The translations under genes and the position numbers were made by a program. This document shows, in pieces, positions 32,142 through 42,625 of a stretch of DNA of 64,000 bases (position 1 is the first letter of the stretch; each line of letters opens with the position of its first letter). Source of the DNA: Dehalococcoidia bacterium (GTDB lineage Bacteria > Chloroflexota > Dehalococcoidia > UBA2979); NCBI GenBank assembly GCA_965219085.1, contig OZ244720.1:3008001-3072000 (forward strand). Reading direction: 5' to 3'. The notes under the pieces were generated by a model that ran no database searches, had not been told where the DNA came from, and saw nothing but the letters and a program-made list of their open reading frames with translations.

Positions 32142-32987
32142 CTAGCGTCGCGCGGCCGAGGTGATGGCGCGGCCGGTGAAGACCTGCGTCATCGCCCGCC
32201 GGTACGCCTCCGAGCCCGCGAGGTCCGCGTTGACGTCGTCGACGGCGGCGGCTCCCGCCGCCGCCGCGATGGCGTCATCGTCGAGCGACGACCCGGTCAA
32301 GGCGTCCTCGACCGCCGCGAGGCGCTGCGCGTGCGTCGAGGCGCCGGTGACGGCGACGCGAGCGCCCGTGCAGACGCCGCCGTCGACGCTGAGCGAGGCC
32401 GCCACACCCACGATCGCGAAGTGCGAGGCGGGGTGGCGGAGCTTCGCGTAGGCCGCGTGCGAGGGCGCGTCGAAGCTGACCGAGGTGATCATCTCGTCTT
32501 CCGCCAGGTCGACCTCGAAGAGGCCCTGGAAGAAGTCGCCCGCCGCGACGCTGCGCTCACCGCCGCTGCCGGTGATGTGGATCGTTGCGTCGAGCGCGAC
32601 GACCACGGCCGGCAGGTCGGACGCCGGGTCGGAGTGGGCGAGGCTGCCACCGATGGTGCCGCGGTTGCGCACCTGCTGGTCGCCGATCTCGCCCGCCGCC
32701 TCGGCGACGACGGGTGCGGACGCGAGGAGCACCGCGTTGGACTCGAGCTCGGCGTGCGTGGTGAGCGCACCGACGGTGACGCGCCCGCCGTCCTCGCTGA
32801 CGCCGGAGAGCCCCGGGATGCCGCTGATGTCGATCAGCAGCGTGGGCTCGGCCAGGCGCAGCTTCATCAGCGGGATCAGGCTGTGGCCGCCCGCGATGAA
32901 GCGGGCGTCGCCGTCGTGCCCTTGCTTGAGCGCGAGCGCCTCCTCGACGGAGCCGGCGCGCTGGTAGTCGAACGCTGCGGGGATCAT
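32142..32987 (-). CDS. coxM: CO dehydrogenase/xanthine dehydrogenase family FAD subunit (CoxM-like)
   Basis: [35 protein letters not shown]. Confidence 0.88.
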   Translation of the reverse strand: MIPAAFDYQRAGSVEEALALKQGHDGDARFIAGGHSLIPLMKLRLAEPTLLIDISGIPGLSGVSEDGGRVTVGALTTHAELESNAVLLASAPVVAEAAGEIGDQQVRNRGTIGGSLAHSDPASDLPAVVVALDATIHITGSGGERSVAAGDFFQGLFEVDLAEDEMITSVSFDAPSHAAYAKLRHPASHFAIVGVAASLSVDGGVCTGARVAVTGASTHAQRLAAVEDALTGSSLDDDAIAAAAGAAAVDDVNADLAGSEAYRRAMTQVFTGRAITSAARR

Positions 32988-35352
32988 GCGTCGCCTCCGT
33001 GGATAATGTTCCAGAGCTTCTCCGGCCGCAGCATCATGTCGACGTGCCGCACGCCGAACTCGCTGAGCGCGTCGACGGCGGCGCTGACGAGGCTCGGCGT
33101 CGAGCCGATCGTGCCGGCCTCGCCGATGCCCTTCACGCCCATCGGGTTGAGGGGCGAGGGGGTGACGGTGTGGTCGAGCTCGAAGCGCGGGAAGTCGCGC
33201 GCCCGCGGGATCTGGTAGTCCATGAACGATGCTGTGAGCAGCTGCCCGCTCCCCTCGTCGTAGACCGCCTCCTCGGTCATCGCCTGGCCGAAGCCCTGCG
33301 CGATGCCGCCGTGGAGCTGCCCCGCGACGATGAGCGGGTTGATGACGTTCCCGCAGTCATCGACGCCCACGAAGCGCTGCAGCTCGATCTCACCGGTGTC
33401 CCGGTCGATCTCGACCTGCGTGATGTAGCAGCCGAAGGGCCACGTGAAGCCCTCGGGCTCCCAGAACGCCTCCTCGCTCAGGCCGGGCTCGGTGTCCGGC
33501 GGGAGCGGGAGCGGGATGTAGGCGAAGCCGGCGACTTCGGCGAAGCCGACGCCGGTGTCCTCCTGCCCGGTCGGGCCGATCATCCCGTCGCGGAACGAGA
33601 GGTCGGCGGGCTGGGTCTCGAGCATCTGCGCGGCGAACTTGCGCATCTTCTCCTTGACCTTGCCGCTCGCCATGAGCAGCGCGGTGCCGCCCACCACCTG
33701 CGAGCGGCTGCCGAAGGTGCCCGTGCCCTCGCGCACCTGCCCGGTGTCGCCGTGGATGATCGCGATGTCGTCCATCGGGATGCCGAGGTCGTCCGCCAGC
33801 ATCTGCGCGAACGTCGTCTCGTGGCCCTGGCCGTGCGAGGACGCGCCGGAGGTGGCGCGCACCTTGCCGTCACGCTCCACACTCAGGCTTGCGTGCTCCC
33901 ACAGCCCGACGGTCGGCATCGCCGCCGAGGGGCCGAAGCCGCAGATCTCGGTGTAGAACGACATCCCGAGGCCGACGATGCGGCCCTCGGCGCGCGCGGC
34001 GTCGCGGTCGGCCTTCATCTGCTCCCATCCAGAGTTCTCGAGTGCCTGGTCGAGCAGGCGCTCGTACTCGCCGGAGTCGTAGACCATGCCGCCGGCGGTG
34101 GTGTACGGGAACTGGTCGGGCTGGATGAAGTTCACGCGCCGCACCTCGGCGGGGTCCATGCCCAGCTCGGATGCCAGCATGTCCATGCCGCGCTCGAGGA
34201 AGTAGATGCCCTCGGGCCGCCCGGCGCCGCGATAGGCGTCGGTCGGCATCTTGTTGGTGAACACCTCGGTCAGCTCGGCGCGCACGACCGGGATGTCGTA
34301 GACGCCGCTGATCATGAACGCGACCAGGGTGGGGATGGCGGCTGTCAGCACCATCTCGTAGGCGCCGATGTCGGCGATGAGCCGCATCTTGACGGCAAGC
34401 AGCTTGCCCTCGCCGGTCGCGGCGATGTCGATGTACCCGATCACGTCGCGGCCGTGGATCGTGGTCATGAACGCCTCGGAGCGGTCCTCGATCCACTTGA
34501 CCGGCCGCCCGAGCGCGCGCGAGATGGCAGCGGCCGCGAAGTCCTCGCCGTAGACGTTGATCTTGCTGCCGAAGCCCCCGCCCACGTCCGGGGCGATCAC
34601 GCGCACCTCGTGCTGGCCCATCCCCAGGATGGCGGCCAGCAGCGTGCGCGCGATGTGCGGGTTCTGGGTCGTCGACCAGGCGGTCAGCTCTTCCTTGCCC
34701 GGCTCGTAGTGCGCGACGATGCCGCGAGGCTCCATCGCGTTCGGCACGAGACGCTGGTTCATCATGCGCTGCGAGATCACGACGTCGGCGCGCTCGAACG
34801 CGTCGTCGAGCGCCGAGTTGTCCTCGATCTCGCCGGCAGCGTTCACGCCGGTGCCGGCCGGCGCCAACGGGACGGCGAGGTTGTTCTCGAACTCCTCGTA
34901 GATCGTCGCCGGCTCACCGGCCATCGCCCGCTCGGGGTCGATGACGGCGGGCAGCTCCTCGATCTCGACCTCGATCGCGGCTGCCGCGTCGGCGGCGAGG
35001 TAGCGATCGGTGGCGACGACGACGGCGACGGGCTCGCCCACGTAGCGCACGCGCTCCGGCGCGACCGAGTGGTGGTCGGGCGCCGGGAACGGCGTCGCGA
35101 CGGGCATCGGCGGGACCATGTCGGCGATCTGGGCGCCGGTGTACACCGCCTCGACGCCGTCCATCGCCTCGGCGGCGCTGGTGTCGATCGAGCGGATGAT
35201 GCCGTGCGCGGTGTCGCTACGCTTGAACGCGAGGTGCAGCATGCCCGGCAGCTTCACGTCGTCGACGTAGGTACCGTGACCCTGCACCAGGCGCGGGTCT
35301 TCGCGCCGCCGGACGCGCTGTCCGACGAGCTGGCCCGGGGTTGCGGCCATGG

Positions 35353-35356
<4 letters not shown>
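32984..35356 (-). CDS. coxL: Form II CoxL-like molybdoprotein large subunit
   Basis: [28 protein letters not shown] (form II motif), HGQGHET, KGIGEAG. Confidence 0.85.
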
Positions 35357-35816
<460 letters not shown>

Positions 35817-35820
<4 letters not shown>

Positions 35821-36278
35821 GTGGCTGCCCCCTCCTCTGTTGCCGCTTTTGCGTCTCGCTCGATCGCCTCGAAGAACTGGCGCGCCATCCCGCGCGCCGA
35901 CGAGGTCAGCAGACGGCCGCCGACGCGCCCGAGGGCGCCCCGGATCGTCACGTCCGCGTCATAACTGAGATGTGTGCCGTCGCCGTCCTCGGTGAGTTCG
36001 ATCCTGGCATCGCCCGTCGCGCCGCCGGGCCGGCCGGAGCCTTCCGCGTGCAGGGTGTAGCGCGTCTCGGGCTCCTGATCGCTCATGGCGACCTTGCCCT
36101 TGAACGCGCCTCGTACCGGGCCGATGCCGACCTGCGCGGTGAGTTCGTACGTAGCGGGCGCGACTTCGTCGAACGTCTTGCAGCCGGGGACCGCCTGCCG
36201 GATGACGTCCGGGTCTTGCAGCAGCGCCCACACGGTGGTGCGGGGGAGGGAGAAGCGGTGCTCGCCTTCGATGCGCAC
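35817..36278 (-). CDS. coxG: CoxG-like SRPBCC protein
   Basis: [33 protein letters not shown]; GAGGAGG RBS before GTG. Confidence 0.85.
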
Positions 36279-36350
36279 GCAAGACCTCCTCGCCCCCGTG
36301 AGGCGGGCGGATGATACCACCGATGCGAGGCGTCCGGCCCCGGCGTTACG

Positions 36351-37805
36351 TCAGCGCCGCTCGGGCCGCACTGGCCCCGGCCGGGTCACGAACGTGCACA
36401 CCAGCGCGATCGCCAGGAACAGCGCCCCCAGCAGGTAGGCCGCGCGCCAGCCGTCGAGGAACGCCGCGCTCGCGCCGGCGGTCTCTCGGACTTCGCTCAA
36501 CGGAATGTCGAAGCCCTGTCCCGCCATCACCGCCACGACCACGCCGGCGGCGACGGCCTGCCCGACGACGTTGCCGACGTTTCTTGTCAGGTTCGAGAGT
36601 GCGCCGACGACGCCGAGACGTGAGGGGGCGACGGCGCCCATGATCACGGCGTTGTTGGGCACGTTCCAACTCCCCATGCCCAGCCCGTTGATGAGGAGCA
36701 GCACCGCCACCACCCAGATAGGCGTCGCGTTCGACAGGAACGCGAACACCAGCGCGGCGCCCACCATGATCGCGAATCCCAGGAGGGTGAACCGCCTCGG
36801 CCCGAAGCGGTCCGAGAGTCGCCCCGAGGCCTGCGCCGAGGTGCCCATGCCGACGAACATCAGGAACAGCACGCCGCCGGCCGCCGCCGTGTCCAACCCT
36901 CGCAGGCTGATCAGGTAGATGGGCGCCATCAGCTGCGTGACCGTCGCGCCGAGGAACCCGAGGAACCGAGCCACCACCGCGAGGGTGAAGATGCGCTCCC
37001 TGAACATCCGCAACTGGACCATCGGCGCGCGGTGGCGGAGTTCCCACCGCACGAAGCCGGTGAACAGCACCGCCGCCGCCACGAGCGCACCGAGGGTGAG
37101 CGGCGAGGTCCAACTGAGCGCGAACGGGTTGTTGATCGTCACCACCAGCAGCGCGATCGCTACCACCGAGACGCTGATGCCGACGTAGTCGAACGGCGGC
37201 CGTTCGGCCTCGCGCGCCTGGCCCAGCCGCTCGTCGGTGAGGATGAAGTACCCGGCGACGAACGCGATTGCGATGGGAATCTGCACCATCCAGAAGAGTG
37301 CTTCCCACGGGAGCACCTGCAGCACGAAGCCGGCCACGATGGGCCCCGAGGCGCCGCCGATCGCGACCGCCGTCGTCTGGCTGCCAATCGCCTTGCCGCG
37401 CTCTTCCGGCGGGAAGGCCGAAACGACCATCGCCGTACCGACGGACTGACCCATGGAGTTGCCCGCCGCCATCAGCACCCGCGCGGCAATGAGCAGGCCA
37501 AACGTCGGCGCGAGCGCGACACACAACGCGCCACCGGCGAAGACCACGAGGCCGGTCAGGTGGACGCGCCTCCAGCCGATGATGTCGGCGAGGCGTCCGG
37601 CGGGCATCATCAGCGCGCTGATGGTGAGCGCTTGCGCCACCACCACCCAGCTCACGGCTCGCAACGTCACGCCGAAGTCGTCGGCGATGGCCGCCAGCGC
37701 CACGAACACCATCGACTGGCTCAGTACCTGCGTGACGAACGAGATGCCGATGGCGGTGAACGCCGTCCACTTGTAGCTGTAGTCACGCTCGATGGGAGGC
37801 TTCAT
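36351..37805 (-). CDS. MFS transporter, DHA2 (EmrB/QacA-like) family
   Basis: GRLADIIGWRR, ARVL, FPPEERGKAIG, FDYVG, GRLSDRFGPR; about 14 hydrophobic segments. Confidence 0.9.
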   Translation of the reverse strand: MKPPIERDYSYKWTAFTAIGISFVTQVLSQSMVFVALAAIADDFGVTLRAVSWVVVAQALTISALMMPAGRLADIIGWRRVHLTGLVVFAGGALCVALAPTFGLLIAARVLMAAGNSMGQSVGTAMVVSAFPPEERGKAIGSQTTAVAIGGASGPIVAGFVLQVLPWEALFWMVQIPIAIAFVAGYFILTDERLGQAREAERPPFDYVGISVSVVAIALLVVTINNPFALSWTSPLTLGALVAAAVLFTGFVRWELRHRAPMVQLRMFRERIFTLAVVARFLGFLGATVTQLMAPIYLISLRGLDTAAAGGVLFLMFVGMGTSAQASGRLSDRFGPRRFTLLGFAIMVGAALVFAFLSNATPIWVVAVLLLINGLGMGSWNVPNNAVIMGAVAPSRLGVVGALSNLTRNVGNVVGQAVAAGVVVAVMAGQGFDIPLSEVRETAGASAAFLDGWRAAYLLGALFLAIALVCTFVTRPGPVRPERR

Positions 37806-38024
37806 CCCGCCGTGCGTGAATGGGTTCATGACGGGGGCGTTCACAGACGGCGTACCAACATGGAGCCCCTGTCGAGTGTCGAGAGATCGACCGACGCGGC
37901 ATCGAGGAGTGCGGCGTGGGATCGAGTCTACCCGTGCCCGGAACGGGGCAACACGGGACGGCCCAGCATCCCGGCCCGCCTCGCGACTACAATGATCGCG
38001 GCAACATCCCGCGAGGAGGACTGC

Positions 38025-39323
38025 ATCCCGAGGAAGCGCCCGCGTAACGGCAGACGCAACGGCGAGAACGGCCGCGGCACGAACGGCACGGCCGGCTCGC
38101 GACCCACGCGCCGCTCGACGCACGTCACCACGCCCGCGCAGGAGCGCGCATACCTCGTCGGCCTGGACTACGGGCAGCGCTCGACGATGGGACCGCGCGA
38201 GTCGCTGCGCGAGCTCGCGAGGCTCGCCCGCACCGCCGGCGCGACCGTCGTTGGGCAGACGCTGCAGCGTCGCAAGCGGCCCGAGCCGGCCACCTACATC
38301 GGCGCCGGCAAGCTCGAGGAGATCGGCGGCCTGCGCGACGAGACCGACTACTCCGTCGTGATCTTTGACGAGCAGCTCTCGCCCGGCCAGCAACTGCGCC
38401 TGGAGTCCGCGCTCGAGGTGAAGGTGCTCGACCGCAGTGCGCTCATCCTCGACATCTTCGCGAGCCGCGCGAGCACCCGCGAGGCAGCGCTGCAGGTGGA
38501 CCTCGCTCAGCACGAGTACCTCCTGCCGCGGCTGCGTGGCCAGTGGCAGCACCTCGAACGACTCGAGGGCGCGATCGGATCGCGCGGCCCCGGCGAGACA
38601 CAGCTGGAGACGGACCGGCGGCTGATCGGCGGACGCATCAGCCGCCTCAAGCGCCAGATTGGCGGCGTGCGCCGTCAGCGCGAGCTGCACCGCAGCCGCC
38701 GTCGCCGCGAGGGCATCCCCGTCGTCGCGCTCATCGGCTACACGAACGCCGGGAAGTCCTCGCTGCTCCAGTCGCTCGCCGGCTCCGAGACGCTGACAGC
38801 CGACGCGCTCTTCGCGACGCTCGACCCGCTGACGCGCCGCGTCGGGACCGACGACGCCGAGACGTTCCTGCTCACCGACACGGTGGGCTTCATCCAGAAG
38901 CTGCCCACGCAGTTGATCTCCGCCTTCCGGGCCACCCTCGAGGAACTCGAGAGCGCCGACCTGCTCCTCCACGTCGTCGACACGACCTCCGAGGCGGCGA
39001 GCGCGCAGAGCGAGACGGTGCTCGACACGCTCGCCGGGCTCGGGATTGCGGGCACGCCGATGCTGACGGTGCTGAACAAGGCCGACGAGCTCGTGTTGCC
39101 CGACGGATCGCCCCCCACCTGCGAGGCCGACCTCGCGCGGATCGCGATCGACAACCCGGCGCGCGAGGCCGCCGAGGCGCACGCCGAGATGCCGAACCTC
39201 GGGACGGTGCTGGTCTCCGCGCTCACGGGCTGGGGCGTCGCCGAGCTGCGTGCGCGCCTCGGCTACGAGCTGTTCGGCAAGGGCCTCGCGGCGTCCGGTC
39301 CGGCGAGGGCGCTGACGACCTAA
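38025..39323 (+). CDS. hflX: GTPase HflX (start ATG 37992 or ATC 38025)
   Basis: ERAYLVG, YIGAGK, LILDIF, RGPGETQLETDRR, GYTNAGKS, LFATLDP, DTVGFI, NKAD. Confidence 0.95.
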   Translation: MPRKRPRNGRRNGENGRGTNGTAGSRPTRRSTHVTTPAQERAYLVGLDYGQRSTMGPRESLRELARLARTAGATVVGQTLQRRKRPEPATYIGAGKLEEIGGLRDETDYSVVIFDEQLSPGQQLRLESALEVKVLDRSALILDIFASRASTREAALQVDLAQHEYLLPRLRGQWQHLERLEGAIGSRGPGETQLETDRRLIGGRISRLKRQIGGVRRQRELHRSRRRREGIPVVALIGYTNAGKSSLLQSLAGSETLTADALFATLDPLTRRVGTDDAETFLLTDTVGFIQKLPTQLISAFRATLEELESADLLLHVVDTTSEAASAQSETVLDTLAGLGIAGTPMLTVLNKADELVLPDGSPPTCEADLARIAIDNPAREAAEAHAEMPNLGTVLVSALTGWGVAELRARLGYELFGKGLAASGPARALTT

Positions 39324-39330
39324 CCGCCGG

Positions 39331-40149
39331 CTAACCGCCGGAGCGGCCGCGCGGCGCGCGCAGGGCGAAGCGCTCCGGATCCTGCAGCCACGGGCGATTC
39401 GAGAACTGTGTGTGGAGCGCGGAGGCAAGCTCGCGCAGCACGTCGGGCGCGGCCCGGGCGGCTCGGCGCTGCGCATCCTCGTCGCCCGTCAGGCCATCGA
39501 GCCACGGCCGGAGCCAGCGGCTGCGCTGCGTCGCGCGTGCGGCGGGATAGAGCCACTCGGCGGGCGGGTAGCTCCCCTCGTCGAGCAGGCAGGCGAGGCG
39601 CGCGACGGCGCCGGCCGCCTCGCCCGCGACGATGAGCGTGTCTTCACCCGCGTGCGGCAGGGCGTCGAGGGCCGCGAACACCTGCAGGTAGAGCGTGCGC
39701 GCCGCGCGCTCCAGCGCCTCGACCTCCAGGCGGGCGGCGGCCGACGCGATCCCGTCGTGGCGTGCGCGAGGGTCGTGCAGCACCTCGGCGTGCCGGAGTG
39801 TCCAGCGCACCTCGAAGGCGCGGCGGGTCGTCGCTTCCAGCAGGCCAGCGCAGCCCTCGGTGGTGACGACGGTGAGTTCGCCGTCATCGTCGCCGACGCG
39901 CCGCAGGCCGTCGCGCATGAGCGGGCTGAGCCACGGCTCCGGCAGTGTGCGCGCGTCGGTCGCGTCGATGAGCAGCCAGAACGCGGGTGTGAGGGCGGCC
40001 ATGTCCGACGTGTCCGCCCAGTCGGCGAGCGGCGGGCGGATGAGCAGCAGCGTCACGTCGCGATACAACTCGTCCCACGGCGGCTCGCCGAGCAGCGCGA
40101 GCCGGGGGTCCACCTCGACGGGACGCGGGTCGGCGTGCTCGCTGGTCAC
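39331..40149 (-). CDS. Hypothetical protein, possibly a degenerate nucleotidyltransferase/DUF4037-like fold
   Basis: GTGA overlap with the wrbA-like gene; VLHDP and GSYPPAEWL resemble DUF4037-type proteins. Confidence 0.55.
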   Translation of the reverse strand: MTSEHADPRPVEVDPRLALLGEPPWDELYRDVTLLLIRPPLADWADTSDMAALTPAFWLLIDATDARTLPEPWLSPLMRDGLRRVGDDDGELTVVTTEGCAGLLEATTRRAFEVRWTLRHAEVLHDPRARHDGIASAAARLEVEALERAARTLYLQVFAALDALPHAGEDTLIVAGEAAGAVARLACLLDEGSYPPAEWLYPAARATQRSRWLRPWLDGLTGDEDAQRRAARAAPDVLRELASALHTQFSNRPWLQDPERFALRAPRGRSGG

Positions 40150-40652
40150 GACGCCTCGAGCCGCATGGCGAGCGTCGCGACGCGCCAGCCGAGCGTGCGC
40201 GCCTGGTCGCGGTCGTCGTTGGTGAGTTCGCCGCTCGCCGTGGCGCCGTAGAAGGAGCCGGAGCGGCGCATGCGCTCCGTCCACTGCAGGCCGACGAAGA
40301 CCATGCCGTGCCCCACCAGCAGGTGCAGCAGTTGCTGCAGGGTCACCTCGAGGCCGCCGCGCGGCGACCAGCCGGCCGCGAACGCGCCCCCGGGCTTGCC
40401 GGCCAGGTCGCCGCTCTCCCAGAGGTCGCCGGACTCGTCGAGCCAACTCTTGAGGCGGCCAGTCACGCCGGTCCAGTTCGGCGAGCCGAGGATGAGCGCG
40501 TCGGCCTGCAGCAACTCGTCCTGGTCTGCATCCTCCACGTCGAGCAGCACGGGAGTGGCGCCGCGCACCAGCGCGACGCCCACGCCCACGTGCTGCGCGA
40601 GCCCGCGAATCAGGTTGGCGCGGCCGTCGTAGACCACCAGTACGCGCGCCAC
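40146..40652 (-). CDS. WrbA-like flavodoxin family protein
   Basis: VLVVYD, ADALILGSPNW, LAGKPGGAF, HGMVFVG, YGAT, ARTLG.RVA. Confidence 0.85.
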   Translation of the reverse strand: MARVLVVYDGRANLIRGLAQHVGVGVALVRGATPVLLDVEDADQDELLQADALILGSPNWTGVTGRLKSWLDESGDLWESGDLAGKPGGAFAAGWSPRGGLEVTLQQLLHLLVGHGMVFVGLQWTERMRRSGSFYGATASGELTNDDRDQARTLGWRVATLAMRLEAS

Positions 40653-40679
40653 GGTCGTACCCGGGCCGGACTACCGAGG

Positions 40680-40952
40680 CTAGCCGTCGGTCCCGGTTTG
40701 CTCGGTGACGACGCGGCGGAAGTGAGTCACGCGCTCGTCGTCTTCGTCGATCACCAGGTCCTCACCCTCGACGGTCTCGCGCAGCCAGGTGATGACCGCG
40801 GCGGCGCCGCCGTAGGCGACGAACCACTCGAGACCCTGTAGCAGCGCGAGCAGGCCGACGCGGTCGCTGTTGCGATAGCGCACCGTGCCCCAGGCGATGC
40901 CGCCGGCGAGTGCGGCGAGGGCGAATCCCAGTTGCTGCTTATCGCTCATCAC
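40680..40952 (-). CDS. Small two-TM hypothetical membrane protein
   Basis: AAGGAGG RBS; two hydrophobic segments and an acidic tail. Confidence 0.65.
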   Translation of the reverse strand: MMSDKQQLGFALAALAGGIAWGTVRYRNSDRVGLLALLQGLEWFVAYGGAAAVITWLRETVEGEDLVIDEDDERVTHFRRVVTEQTGTDG

Positions 40953-41197
40953 GCGCCTCCTTCATGTGCATTCCAGGCTCGGCCTCATCGTACGTGGCGA
41001 GGGCGCGCGCGGCATAGCATGTGGCTGGAGCCGCGGGAACGCGGGCGAGGGCAACGGTTCGGGCGGGGCGGTGGCGTGTCCTGCCTAGTTCTGACACACT
41101 GCGCCCCGAAATCGGGAACCTTATAGGCGCGGGGTGACGTATCCTGCGCGATGACGCGCGCCCAACGACGCGCGTCGCAGTCGGGAAGGGGAAGCGT

Positions 41198-42091
41198 TTG
41201 CAGGCACTCACAGTGGAACGCCCCACGTCCATTCAGGAAGCGGTGCAGTTGCTCAACGACGGCGGCGAAACCGCGAAGGTGCTGGCCGGTGGGACGGACG
41301 TGATCGTCATCGCACGTTCGCGGCGGCGCACGATCGACCTGTTGGTCGACGTCAAGCAGATTCCAGAAGTCATGGCCGTCTCGTGGGATCCGGGTTCGGG
41401 CCTCACCATGGGCGCGGCCACGCCGTGTTACCAGATCTACGGGGACGCGGACATCAACGCGAACTACCCGGCCATCATCGACTGCGCGTCGCTGATCGGG
41501 GGGACGGGCATCCAGGGCCGCGCGAGCTTCGGCGGCAACCTCTGCAACTCCTCGCCCTCGGGCGACACGATCCCAACGCAGATCGTGCTAGAGGCGGTCG
41601 CGAACATCGTCGGCCCCGGCGGTGAGCGGCAGGTACCCGTGGAGGACTTCTGCACGGGCCCCGGCCGTAACGTGCTGGAGCAGGGCGAGTTCCTGGTCTC
41701 GTTGCACTTCCCGGTGCCCGAGGCGGGCAGCGGCGCTCGCTTCCTGCGCTTCATCCCGCGCAACGAGATGGACATCGCGGTCTGCAACTCGGCCTCGGCC
41801 GTGAAGATGGACGGCGACACCGTGCGCTGGGCGCGCGTCGTCATCGGCGCCGTCGCGCCCATCCCGCTGCTCGTGCAGGGGGCAGCCGACGCGCTCGTCG
41901 GCAACCCGCTCAACGACGACACGATCGCCGCTGCGGCCGAAGCTGCTCGCGAAGCCGCCAGCCCGATCGACGACATGCGCGGCTCGATCCGGCAGCGCAA
42001 GCACCTCTCCGCGGTGCTCACGAAGCGCACGCTCGAGCAGGCCGGAGCACGCGCACGCGGGGAGGACATCCCCTCGGTTGGAGGGCACTAA
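41198..42091 (+). CDS. Xanthine dehydrogenase family FAD-binding subunit
   Basis: LAGGTDV, IQGRASFGGNLCNSSPSGD, RFIPRNEMDIA, PIDDMRGS. Confidence 0.9.
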   Translation: MQALTVERPTSIQEAVQLLNDGGETAKVLAGGTDVIVIARSRRRTIDLLVDVKQIPEVMAVSWDPGSGLTMGAATPCYQIYGDADINANYPAIIDCASLIGGTGIQGRASFGGNLCNSSPSGDTIPTQIVLEAVANIVGPGGERQVPVEDFCTGPGRNVLEQGEFLVSLHFPVPEAGSGARFLRFIPRNEMDIAVCNSASAVKMDGDTVRWARVVIGAVAPIPLLVQGAADALVGNPLNDDTIAAAAEAAREAASPIDDMRGSIRQRKHLSAVLTKRTLEQAGARARGEDIPSVGGH

Positions 42092-42092
42092 G

Positions 42093-42557
42093 TTGGCCAG
42101 AGCGATTATCTCCGCCACCATCAACGGTGAGCCCATGGAGTTCCTCGCCGACACCCGCGACAGCCTCCTGGAGGCGTTGCGCGATCGCATCGGACTGACG
42201 GGGACGAAGGAAGGCTGTAACGACGGCAACTGTGGCGCGTGCTCGGTCATCATGGATGGCCGGCTCGTGAACTCCTGCCTCGTCATGGCCGCCGAGGTCG
42301 ATGGCGCCGACGTGATCACGGTCGAGGGCCTCGCCACAGAGGACGGGCTGATCCCGCTACAGCAGAGCTTCCTGGAAGAGGCGGCCCTACAGTGCGGCAT
42401 CTGCACCCCGGGCTTCCTCGTGGCCTCCAAGGCGCTGCTGGACGCGAATCCGAACCCCACGGAGTTCGAGGCTCGCTACTGGCTCGCCGGCAACCTCTGT
42501 CGGTGCACCGGGTACGACAAGATCATCCGCGCGGTGCTCAAGGCCGCTGAGGCCTAA
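42093..42557 (+). CDS. Xanthine dehydrogenase family (2Fe-2S) subunit
   Basis: [31 protein letters not shown]; TTG start after GGAGG. Confidence 0.92.
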   Translation: MARAIISATINGEPMEFLADTRDSLLEALRDRIGLTGTKEGCNDGNCGACSVIMDGRLVNSCLVMAAEVDGADVITVEGLATEDGLIPLQQSFLEEAALQCGICTPGFLVASKALLDANPNPTEFEARYWLAGNLCRCTGYDKIIRAVLKAAEA

Positions 42558-42625
42558 GCCGCCAATCTGACGGCCGCCGCGAGGCGGCCGTCCGGCATCA
42601 CGCCACACGCACGAAGGAGTACCGA

